A DNA stretch of 64,000 nt from Haliotis rubra (taxonomy: Eukaryota). The stretch is from positions 2,728,001 to 2,792,000 of the forward strand of contig NW_025765891.1 of the NCBI RefSeq assembly GCF_003918875.1, read 5' to 3'. Made by a program: the position numbers and the translations under genes. The notes under the pieces were generated by a model. The model had not been told where the DNA came from, made no database searches, and was given only the letters and a program-made list of their open reading frames with translations. Shown here in pieces: positions 40,478 to 52,704 of this stretch (its first letter is position 1; each line of letters opens with the position of its first letter).

Positions 40478-41133
40478 ATGACAGTGTCGAGGGCAGGGTT
40501 ACATGACAGTGTCGAGGGCAGGGTTACATGACAGTGTCGAGGGCAGGTTACATGCCAGTGTCGAGGGCAGGGTTGCATGCCAGTGTCTTGGGCAGGGTTA
40601 CATGACAGTGTCGAGGGCAGGGTTACATGACAGTGTCGAGGGCAGGGTTGCATGACAGTGTCTTGGGCAGGGTTAGATGACAGTGTCGAGAGCAGAGTTA
40701 CATGACAGTGTCGAGAGCAGGGTTGCATGACAATGTGAAGGGCAGGGTTACATGACAGTGTCGAGAGCAGAGTTACATGACAGTGTCGAGAGCAGGGTTG
40801 CATGACAATGTCGAGGGCAGGGTTACACGACAGTGTCGAGGGCAGAGTTACACGACAGTGTCGAGGGCAGGGTTACATGACAGTGTCGAGGGCAGGGTTA
40901 CACGACAGTGTCGAGGGAGGGTTACATGACAGTGTCGAGGGCAGGGTTACACCACAGTGTCGAGGGACAGTGTCGAGGGCAGAGTTACACGACAGTGTCG
41001 AGGGCAGGGTTACACGACAGTGTCAAGGGCAGGGTTACACGACAGTGTCGAGGGCAGGGTTACACAACAGTGTCGAGGGAGGGTTACACGACAGTGTCGA
41101 GGGCAGGATTACACAACAGTGTCGAGGGCAGAG
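40478..41133. repeat. 25-bp G-rich minisatellite (GACAGTGTCGAGGGCAGGGTTACAY)n
   Basis: Tandem periodicity, ~26 units. Confidence 0.95.
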
Positions 41134-42393
41134 TGTACATGAAACAATACATATGTGGGACAGTCATGCAAAAATTGAACTTTTAATATAAAATATGAAC
41201 TTCTTTTGCATTTTGTGTTGTCAGGGAGCATCATGAATAGAAAGGGCATAGGGTTTTATTTTAGGACGTCAGTGGACAACCACTGCACCACCTCACCCCA
41301 TCCCAGTTGTAACCATACCCTGAGTAAATCTTAAATATCTGAAGCAGTAATAACTCAGTTTATTTCAATTCTAAGTTTTTAAGTCCACACCTCCAAATAA
41401 TGAAGTGAGGACCCCTACCTTTCTTGTTTCACAAAGTCTCTCATAAAAAGATTACATGTTTAAGGGAGTGGCTGTTTATATGAAAATGCATAACCTTCAC
41501 CTTGCAGCTCTCACACACTTGAAACCCATAGAGTTAAACACTCAGCCCTGTAGTAGTCATGTCATACTGGACACGCCCATTACAGCCCCTAAAACAGATT
41601 TATGCCCTTGTTTGCATTTTATAACAAAAACATCCCCTTATTTCTGCACGTATTGGCACATATTTGGGGCCTGGGAAACTTTACCTGGTGTCGATGGGTT
41701 ATCTGAAAGTAAATAGCTTGTTTGCATGATTTCTGTACGGATTTGGGTGCATTATATTTCAGGTGTACTTTACACTAACATACAGCTGCCGGTGTGGAAT
41801 ATAGTGTTATACCATGCTCATATTAACCACATAAGTAGGATCTAAACAGGGAGACACTATTGATATATCCAGAATCATGACTCATGATATTTGATAAAAA
41901 CAAGTTGATTTTCTTTGACCATTCTTTTTAGATTTATCATTTCAAATGTGTCTTCATACACTTGGAATCATTCATCGTTTCTTCACTAATCAACAAATCA
42001 ATGGCTGTAAAACTTTGACTAACAATCATGCTGCCAAATGGGACATCACACTTCTGAATATACCTTGAGAAATTGCTATAAATAGGGTTGACCAAAAGGT
42101 ATGATGTCTGCAAACACATCATCCAACAACATTAGAATAAAAGCGACATTTTTAAATGAAAATTTCTATCATATCCAATGTAATTTTGTATGTTTTATGA
42201 GGGAAAAGATATATAAAGAACATTGTTAGGATTGAATTGAGGTTTATATGAAGCATCAGTTTAATTAATAAACAAAACTAACACAGTTTTTGCATGAAAT
42301 GAAATAGATGTTTTAATCAAATAACCCCAAGTGATAACTATGAGGTGGTTGCAGTAGATAACACGGTATTGTAAGGGGCTACACGTGACATCC

Positions 42394-42591
42394 TAGACTA
42401 AGGCTTAGTCTCTGAATATATATAATTTTGATAGTAACAAACAAGCCCATTTATATTGAAAAGGAGCCCTAGGGAGACCAGAGATTCAGAACCTGAGGAA
42501 ATCTAGACTTGCTTTATTTAGGGCTTTAGCACTGCAGAGAGGGCTTGGCAGTGGGGAAATTAATGTGGTTCAGGGACTGTGAGACAGACTA
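42394..42591 (+). mobile_element. Family C non-autonomous DNA element (TAG...CTA ends, 9-bp TSD)
   Basis: TSD GTGACATCC (42385-42393, 42592-42600). At least 6 copies in the window. Confidence 0.9.
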
Positions 42592-44811
42592 GTGACATCC
42601 CTATATTCAGCAGGCCACCTTGTCCCACATTCTCAGTGCATGTGTGCATGCTCCGGCAACAAAGACGTACATTTGCCACACATGATATAGAATTTCGGGT
42701 CACACTTCTCCATTAACCACCACTTAGTTGCAGACAGTTGTCGTGGTAACTGTTATTTTTAACCTAGTTCAAATTACCAAGGATTTAAGAATCACTTTAT
42801 AAACTTTTATTTTCAAATGTTGTAAAACGTTTTTTTGCAAAATATTTTTCAAATTATCCATGTCCCAACGCAGACTTCTACTTGAACTTAGTGTTTGATA
42901 TTGAAAGTAATTTTTTGTTGCTGGCAGTATTGCTTTATTTCATTGTCAGCAATAAATTTGAATGCCACGTTTGAACCCTGAACCCACAGTTTATAAGCAA
43001 ACAATGTTCATTTGAACCATGACATCTTGAAGACAAGGACACCCGTATTTTTATATTGAAATGTAATACTGGCATGTGTTTAGGAACATGTGCCTGGTTA
43101 AACCCAAGACGAAGCCACAGTGAAAGAAAACAAGCATAACAGTTTATTTGTCAACTGGCACTGTCCCTACTGGCCTGACTGGTAGAAAGATGAGAGGTAA
43201 AGATAACATCTGAAGTATTGCCATTCCAGAACTGACCAGGTCAATGGGGCACCTGCAGCCAAATGCCAGGCTTCTGTGAGTGAGTGAGTGAGTGGGGATT
43301 GGGTGAGTGAGTGAGTTTATCATTTGATGACGTAAGAATCAGAAGAGCATGAATCCAAACAAGTCTTTAAAGTTGAAATATTGCTTAAAAGACTAGTAGT
43401 AGAAACACTAAAGTATATTTTGCAGATACCTAGTTAATCAATTTCTGAATAATTGTATAGAAATGGCCTCTAGCATACTGAGCAGCTTTCCGATACAAAT
43501 TAGCACATTTCATAATTTGCCCAGAAATCAGCTGTTCTTAGTGTCTTAACTTGCATGTCATATCATAGACAATATCATCATCACACTTACCATAAACTAT
43601 GGTAAATAATAATATGCATCTCATGTTGTATAACAGGTGTCTTCAGAATGTTGAAAATTTGATATAGTTCTTGTAGTAATTATTAAAATAAATTAAAATT
43701 GATAATAAGAGAAACAGATTCTTGTATCTATTATGAAATTTAGAATTTAATTTTTAATTTATGATATGATATCTTAATTTAAAATTAATTCTTAAATATT
43801 TGATATTTCTTTGATAGTACCAAAAAATGTGTTTTGAACATGACTTTCTTGTATGAATTATCTGGTGATTTGAGTACAACATTTTCCCCAGGATGTACAA
43901 ACTATAAATAGTTCTCATGCAACACTACTGTAATAACGCTGGTCATGCAAGAGGGCTCTGACAAAAATTCAAATTCAACTTTACTGTTATCATCTTGCCA
44001 AGCCCACATTTGTGTAAAGAATGCATTTCTTAAAGCCTAGCGTACGTGGTATGAATGATGAAACTGATGCCCTCAGCAGATACTCACACTGCAGGAACTG
44101 TACAGCTGAATTTGAGAATATGCAAAGTTTATAGAAATGAATTTTTTAGGGATAAGTCGTGCATAATAGAGGTGAAAGACATGCGTGATTGGTCTTTGGA
44201 ATGTATTATGTTTTTCTTGCAAATGTTGAAATGTTTATTTTACTCTGGATCTTTCAGATAATAGTGTGTAGTCTGTGCTTAGTAATGGTGTCTAATCTTG
44301 ACAGGCTTCTAATCAAAAAACAAGAATTTTACATTTGGAAAATAAAAAGTGTTCATTTATGAAATAATTACTGTGTTTTATTGAGACTAAGAGAGTGCTT
44401 TGTGCTGAAAGCAGGTATGGGTTATCAAGTGCAGATCAGCAAGATAGCCGACATGCTGTTGTTTTATGAGCTGTTACAGATCAAATCCATATTGTCATGT
44501 ATAGACTAGGGCAGCGTATTATCACGTTCATACGCAATAGAATTACAGAAAACCCAGGTTTTCACATGGCTGTAGTTCATCCATTATGGTCGATATTGCA
44601 GCTCACAGCCTTCCATATAAGGGTGTTGTTTGTTTTGAGTAGTATATATTACAGTATTATATCACTCTTGTTATATAATGGTTTACCAATTGGTTTAAGT
44701 GGGGCAAAATATACTTTGTGCTTCTGACCTTTTCAATACTATTTTCCATGGCATTGTTACGTATTGCTTCAAAAATAGATGTTGAATATGCTGACTGTCC
44801 TTTCAGAAAAG

Positions 44812-44987
44812 TAGTGAGTGAGTGAGTCAATTGAGGTTTATGATGCTTTAAAAAATATTCCAGCAATATTATAGTAGGGGTCGGCAGCACTGGGCTTCAC
44901 ACATTGTAATTTCCCATGTGACGAATTGATCCTGGACTCCTGCATGTTGAACAAACCCTTTAATCACGAGGCTACCAATCCACCCCA
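44812..44987 (-). mobile_element. Family B SINE, degenerate
   Basis: Homology to family B. Confidence 0.78.
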
Positions 44988-45069
44988 CTGAATGAAAAGG
45001 ATGTATTTGTTTCTGTTAACTGTAATCACCAGAGACTGCATTTGAGCACTATTTCCCTAAGTGTTCTTA

Positions 45070-45670
45070 CAGGCCTACCAAAGAAAACTTTCCCACTGTA
45101 CAGAAAAACACAGCAAAGCCCACATTAATCGTGGAAATAGCAACATAAACACATGACCTCGCTACTGAAACAGTAAAAAACGGCAACGAAAAACTATGAA
45201 ACTGCAACATTTTTATATCAGCGAACTTTGACCTCTACTGCGCATGCGCATGCGCATTACGATCAGGGCTTCTATCCAATTTCCGAGCAACCGTGAATCG
45301 CCTCGCGTAGAAAAGTATTAAATATGTCGAAATAATTGCTGTCAAACGTTTCATACGAATGGAAAGTAAACTAAACACAAGTATCATGATCATAAATGTC
45401 AAATAACACAACAGAAATACTTAAAAAGGAATGTAACTTTTGTCCAAGCTGGAAAATGTCAACATGCGGTCGAGACTTCCTTTTCCATGTGCGCATGCGC
45501 CAAAATCGAAGTTGCGGGCTCCTCATTTTATGATGCAGTGTTAGCGATTTAAAGTTGCCGTTTTTACTGTTTCAGTAGCGAGGTATTATGTTTATGTTGC
45601 TAATTCCACGATTAATGTGGGCTTTTCTGCGTTTTTCTACACAGTGGGAAAGTTTTCTTTGGTAGACCTG
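45070..45670. mobile_element. 601-bp MITE with long TIRs
   Basis: About 120 bp of near-perfect inverted ends beginning CAGGYCTACCAAAGAAAACTTTCCCACTGT. 5-bp TSD TCTTA (45065-45069, 45671-45675). Confidence 0.92.
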
Positions 45671-48014
45671 TCTTAACCCTACGACTATCGTAAGCATATG
45701 TTAAAGTATGGGCGTTATTATGTCCACCATAGCCCTAAGCTCACATTTTTTGTACTGGGCCCTGATCAGTTTATATTGAAAATAGTTAACAGTTGCAGTT
45801 TGTAGTTGGAAACTTATATATTCAAATTCATATAAATTGGTCAGATGGCAAACTTACTAAAATTAAGATATAAACTACATTTCTGGTAGTTGACATAGTA
45901 CATTGATCCTTAAGAAAAGATATGCAGAAGGTGGCTCATAACATAAAGAGAAAACAATTGTTTGATTCTATTTTGTTGAACGTATAAAACAAAAAAGACA
46001 GGAATTTGCACTAAATTATTTGTTTTAAACTGTCACAGTCAGTTCATGTTGTTTTTTTAGGTTTTATTGATAAATGCTAAAATGTAAGGTTGACTATTTT
46101 GGGGATATTTTTATGAAACTGTGCTCATGAGTCGGCAATGCAACAAATTAACCACAAATATATTAAGTATGTGTGACATGTTTTTCAGTATATAACACCC
46201 TGATCCAGCAGCTGGACTCTTGGTGTATAAATTCTTTATCACACAGTTCCGTATTCAATGTCACTGGCACCAAGGTACATGTACGCATGTTACCAGTTAG
46301 TTACAGCATCTGGGAAGGATGTTAAACTGATTTATGAAGGTGTTTATATCAGTAAGCTAAAACGAAACCCAACAAAAAAACCTCACTTAAACCTAACTAG
46401 GGTTGTGTATCATCATAAAAGTCAGAACACAACAACATTCCCTGATACTCATATTTCTTCCGATGGCGTATATTGCCCAAATATTGACTGAAGGGATGTG
46501 AAACGGATATCTCTTACAATATAGCGGTACTATACTCTAGACTACTGGGGCGTTGTAACTAGCGTTATTGTATCAGCACTACTGAGGTGCTATTGTAATG
46601 GTCAGTGATTCCGTTCCATTTACCGCCTCTTAGAAATGAACATCAGTTATGGCATGGCAACTAACTGTGGGAGGAACCCCTGATATGGTGGAATCCACAA
46701 GAATGAATATGGTGCAGGCCAGTCTAGAAGCATGGTAAGGAAGAACCAGGGATTAAACTCAGGATCAAAGAGTTATGGCATGGCTAAGGGATGTAACTCT
46801 GTAAACAAAGTGGGGCTCCCACCATTGTACCATTGTCATAGCCTTAATCAACCTGATGTCAAGACATATGCCTGTTAGTTCATTATATTAAATACATGTT
46901 TAAGATTTCGTGGTTGTGATTTTTATTATCGTCAGTTGTAATTATAAAATTGATATTATGAAATTGTAAAATATGTACTAGATGTGCTAATTATGCACAT
47001 TTTTATGTCACTGTTTTACATCTAAGCTATAAAACTACTGATTGTCCAGCATGGTGTGGTATGTCCACCTGGTATATACTGTGCTGAAGAAGACAAAGAT
47101 TGGTTTGGTTGTTGTTTAATGCCGCACTCAGCAGTATTCCAGCTCTATGGTGGCAAAAGACAAAGAACATCTGATCTATTCATATTGCTACAGTACATCT
47201 GTTATGCCATGTTGTTATTATTTAAATGGATTCTCTTCTGTGCTTGTCCTACAAGTACATTGACAGTGTGTAGAACCCTAGACTAACATATACATTTGTA
47301 GTCCATGAAATCTTTTATTACAAAAAACATTTTGCTCCTATGAATACTAGTATATTTTCCTGATCCTGATTAAGATGTTTTTCATAACTAGATCTGCTTT
47401 GTATCCTTTAAATACATATATTCCACGGTCATACAAAGGACCTGGCTAGATTTGATTGTTTTTATCTGGAATGGGTTTGGTTTTCTTGAAATACTTATAT
47501 TCCTCGGTCACACTATAGAGCCTGGCTGGACTTGCTTTTTCATAATCAAGATTGGTTTTGTTTTCTACATATTTTCCACTGGCATTCATTAGAGATGGCT
47601 CGACTTGGTAATCTTGGTTTTGGCTTCATAAATATATATATATATATATTCTACAGTCATGGTGCAGGATGGGTGAAATGGTGTTAAATTGGTGTTAATG
47701 ATACAGATAAGATGTAATAAAGATGTTGGCACATCCGACAGAGAACCACCATCCCTTGTTAGCAGTGTGTAAAGATAGCCCACCACGTGTGGTCACATGA
47801 TAGATACATACTCCTTGATGCTCATCGGGTTCTTCCTCCATGTGTGCTTCACTGCTCAATCAGACTTCTCTTTGAAGTACAATAAGTGTCTTTTACGGTT
47901 AATGTAGGTCTGCTGGGCAGTTAAGATTCACTTAATCTTAATGCATTTGTGATGTCTGAGGTGTCGTTATAAGTTTTTCATTTTACTTTGCATAGAGATA
48001 GTATCGTATATTCT

Positions 48015-50803
48015 TAGGTCTCAGTACCTCATGCTTGTCTATCTGGACAGAATAGGTCTCAGTACCGCATGCTTGTGTCTCAGGACAAAATAGGTCTCAG
48101 TACCCCATGCTTGTCTCTCAGGACAGAATAGGTCTCAGTACCTCATGCTTGTCTCTCAGGACAGAATAGGTCCCCAGTACCTCATGCTTGTCTCTCAGGA
48201 CAAAATAGGTCTCAGTACCTCATGCTTGTCTCTCAGGACAGAATAGGTCTCAGTACCTCATGCTTGTCTCCCTGGACAGAATAGGTCTCAGTACCCCATG
48301 CTTGTCTCCCTGGACAGAATAGGTCTCAGTACCTCATGCTTGTCTCCCTGGACAGAATAGGTCTCAGTACCTCATGCTTGTCTCTCAGGACAGAATAGGT
48401 CTCAGTACCCCATGCTTGTCTCCCTGGACAGAATAGGTCTCAGTACCTCATGCTTGTCTCCCTGGACAGAATAGGTCTCAGTACCTCATGCTTGTCTCCC
48501 TGGACAGAATAGGTCTCAGTACCTCATGCTTGTCTCTCAGGACAGAATAGGTCTCAGTACCTCATGCTTGTCTCCCTGGACAGAATAGGTCTCAGTACCT
48601 CATGCTTGTCTCTCAGGACAGAATAGGTCTCAGTACCCAATGCTTGTCTCCCTGGACAGAATAGGTCTCAGTACCTCATGCTTGTCTCTCAGGACAGAAT
48701 AGGTCTCAGTACCTCATGCTTGTCTCCCTGGACAGAATAGGTCTCAGTACCTCATGCTTGTCTCTCAGGACAGAATAGGTCTCAGTACCTCAGTGCTTGT
48801 CTCCAGGACAGAATAGGTCTCAGTACCTCATGCTTGTCTCCCTGGACAGAATAGGTCTCAGTACCCCATGCTTGTCTCCCTGGACAGAATAGGTCTCAGT
48901 ACCTCATGCTTGTCTCCCTGGACAGAATAGGTCTCAGTACCCCATGCTTGTCTCTCAGGACAGAATAGGTCTCAGTACCTCATGCTTGTCTCTCAGGACA
49001 GAATAGGTCTCAGTACCCCATGCTTGTCTCCCTGGACAGAATAGGTCTCAGTACCCCATGCTTGTCTCTCAGGACAGAATAGGTCTCAGTACCTCATGCT
49101 TGTCTCTCAGGACAGAATAGGTCCCCAGTACCTCATGCTTGTCAGGACAGAATAGGTCTCTCATGCTTGTCTCCCAGGACAGAATAGGTCTCAGTACCTC
49201 ATGCTTGTCTCTCTGGACAGAATAGGTCTCAGTACCTCATGCTTGTCTCTCTGGACAGAATAGGTCTCAGTACCTCATGCTTGTCTCCCTGGACAGAATA
49301 GGTCTCAGTACCTCATGCTTGTCTCCCTGGACAGAATAGGTCTCAGTACCTCATGCTTGTCTCCCTGGACAGAATAGGTCTCAGTACCCTCATGCTTGTC
49401 TCCTGGACAGAATAGGTCTCAGTACCTCATGCTTGTCTCCCTGGACAGAATAGGTCTCAGTACCTCATGCTTGTCTCCCTGGACAGAATAGGTCTCAGTA
49501 CCTCATGCTTGTCTCCCTGGACAGAAATAGGTCTGGACAGTACCTCATGCTTGTCTCCCTGGACAGAATAGGTCTCAGTACCTCATGTCTCCCTTGTCTC
49601 TACCCCCTTGGACAGAATAGGTCTGCAGTACCCCATGCTTGTCTCCCTGGACAGAATAGGTCTCAGTACCTCATGCTTGTCTCCCTGGACAGAATAGGTC
49701 TCAGTACCTCATGCTTGTCTCCCTGGACAGAATAGGTCTCAGTACCTCATGCTTGTCTCCCTGGACAGAATAGGTCTCAGTACCTCATGCTTGTCTCCCT
49801 GGACAGAATAGGTCTCAGTACCTCATGCTTGTCTCTCAGGACAGAATAGGTCTCAGTACCTCATGCTTGTCTCTCAGGACAGAATAGGTCTCAGTACCTC
49901 ATGCTTGTCTCTCAGGACAGAATAGGTCTCAGTACCTCATGCTTGTCTCTCAGGACAGAATAGGTCTCAGTACCTCATGCTTGTCTCTCAGGACAGAATA
50001 GGTCTCAGTACCTCATGCTTGTCTCTCAGGACAGAATAGGTCTCAGTACCTCATGCTTGTCTCTCAGGACAGAATAGGTCTCAGTACCTCATGCTTGTCT
50101 CTCAGGACAGAATAGGTCTCAGTACCTCATGCTTGTCTCTCAGGACAGAATAGGTCTCATGTACCTCATGCTTGTCTCTCAGGACAGAATAGGTCTCCAG
50201 TACCTCATGCTTGTCTCTCAGGACAGAATAGGTCTCAGTACCTCATGCTTGTCTCTCAGGACAGAATAGGTCTGCAGTACCTCATGCTTGTCTCCCTGGA
50301 CAGAATAGGTCTGCAGTACCTCATGCTTGTCTCCCTGGACAGAATAGGTCTCAGTACCTCATGCTTGTCCCAGTACCTCTCCCTGGACAGAATAGGTCCC
50401 AGTACCTCATGCTTGTCTCCCTGGACAGAATAGGTCTCAGTACCTCATGCTTGTCTACCTGGACAGAATAGGTCCCCAGTACATCATGCTTGTCTCTCAG
50501 GACAGAATAGGTCTCCAGTACCCCATGCTTGTCTGTCTGGACAGAATAGGTCTCAGTACCTCATGCTTGTCTGTCTGGACAGAATAGGTCTCAGTACCCC
50601 ATGCTTGTCTCCCTGGACAGAATAGGTCTCAGTACCCCATGCTTGTCTCCCTGGACAGAATAGGTCTCAGTACCCCATGCTTGTCTCCCTGGACAGAATA
50701 GGTCTCAGTACCCCATGCTTGTCTCCCTGGACAGAATAGGTCTCAGTACCTCATGCTTGTCTTCCTGGACAGAATAGGTCTGCAGTACTTCATGTTTGTC
50801 TAT
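48015..50803. repeat. 38-bp satellite array, ~73 units
   Basis: Unit TAGGTCTCAGTACCYCATGCTTGTCTCYCWGGACAGAA. Confidence 0.97.
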
Positions 50804-52473
50804 CAATTTTTAGATAAACTGCTGGTTTTCTTCCATTGTGCTAAGAAAGTGATCAATGAACCATTACCTGTAAGATGGTTAACCACGACTGACCCAACTT
50901 CTAAATTAATATCCAATTTCTTATCATTTCACTTGTTCAAGGTTTCGTGAAATCTAATCCACACAAACACACCCACCTGTTTGGGTTTCAACCTTAAAGT
51001 GCACACAATCCTTTACTTCTTCCTTTCTTTGTGAAGCAATATCGGTGGGGGCTGTATTTGATATCAGTGCATCATACAGTGGGTACCTGTGGACGGTTGC
51101 AGTTTGGGGTACAGGGTGCATTGAGTTGAATTGGGAGAAGCACTCTGGCAAGACATGCCCAGAGATATTCTAGGACAGATTGCCTGTTTTGTCTGATCTG
51201 TATGTAGTGATTTAGGGGTAAACCACCCAGTACCCAGCTTGTCATGAGAGGTTGTCAGAACCTCAGACATGTTTCTCAGATAGTCTCCTCACTATTAATA
51301 TCCACATGCTTGTTTGTTAATCTAGCTCACTCAATCAACCAATCCATTCAACATCTCAGTAACCCACCTAACAACACACCAGCTTACCCATCCCACCTAA
51401 AAACCCTCTATCTCACCCAACTCACCTAACCCACCCAACAGCCCACAAAGTCACTAAACTTGTTGAACAACCAACAACCCACAACCCACACAACAGACCA
51501 CTATCAACCAACCAACATAGTCATTTACTGAGGAAGTGAAATGAAATATATTTTCTATTTTTATCAAGAAATACCACTTCACAAAGACGTTAAGTTGTTA
51601 AAAATGTCTCAGGTGATTCGACATCTGTATATATTCCACCTGTTGTTTAGATATGAAACGACAGGTCAGAGGTTAGGAAAAAAGTGAAAAACAAACACAG
51701 TGAAAATTTTTCTATTTCATACTGTCAGCAACTGCTTCACGGAATGGAGCCATTTAAAGCAGAGAATTAATGGACTGGAACTCTTTGTTTCCGTGGCAAC
51801 TCAGATTTCAACATGTGTTTCACTTTCTTGTATAATGTCTCACACTCTGTACTCCTTTGTCAGATGTTTTTACTTCAATTCAATGCTGTGCTTTCTTTAA
51901 AACTTGGTCTACCGTGAAATGGCATAATCGCTAGATTGAGGTGATTTGTACTGGCAATTTATAGACGTCTCCCATGACAGGGTCTCGTTTCTCACCTCCT
52001 ACCCCTAGTCACCAACATAGGGGTTGCTTTTATGACTTTGTTGGTTAAAGTTGCTACAAATGTTTAAATTTTTAAACTCAATATGCATGCACCTGTTTAA
52101 ATGACATTTTTGTTGAAGACTTAACTTTAAACTACTTGTATCAAATTGTGACATATATATGATCATAGTGGCATGTGTTTGGCAGGTACTGATTACTGTT
52201 TTTGGTCAATGGATGTCATATATGATAAGGTTACATTGTTGTAACTTAGGAAATGGCCATCTGAAAAAACGCATAAAGTGCTGATATTGAAGTAGATATG
52301 TGCAGGAATAACAGATCGAAGTAAAAAGTAGCATAAAGGTGATTCAGTTGTGTTTTAAATTATGACTGATATGATTAATATTTCCACCAATCTAAATTTA
52401 CCTTTCAGAAATGAAAGAGTGCATGTGTGTGTGTGCGTGTGTGCGCGTGCGTGTGTGTAAGTAGTGCATGTGT

Positions 52474-52704
52474 TGTTACTTGCTTACTCAGCAATATTAC
52501 AGCTATATAGCATTGGTCTGTAAATACTTAAGTCTGGACCAGACAATCCGGGTGATCAACATCATGAGCATCGATGTCCACATTTGGGATACAATGACAT
52601 GTGTTAAACAAGTCAGCGAGCCTGACCACCTGATCCCGTTAGTTGCCACTTCCAACAACCTTGGGTTGCTGATGACCAATTCTAACCCAGATCTTCACAG
52701 GTTA
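52474..52704 (-). mobile_element. Family A retroposon copy
   Basis: Homology to 4138-4383. TSD AGTGCATGTGT (52463-52473, 52705-52715). Confidence 0.88.

Noticed and set aside
48015-50803. CRISPR-like periodicity (also the 35- and 45-bp arrays)
   Set aside because: Units are contiguous with no unique spacers, there are no cas genes, and the context is eukaryotic.
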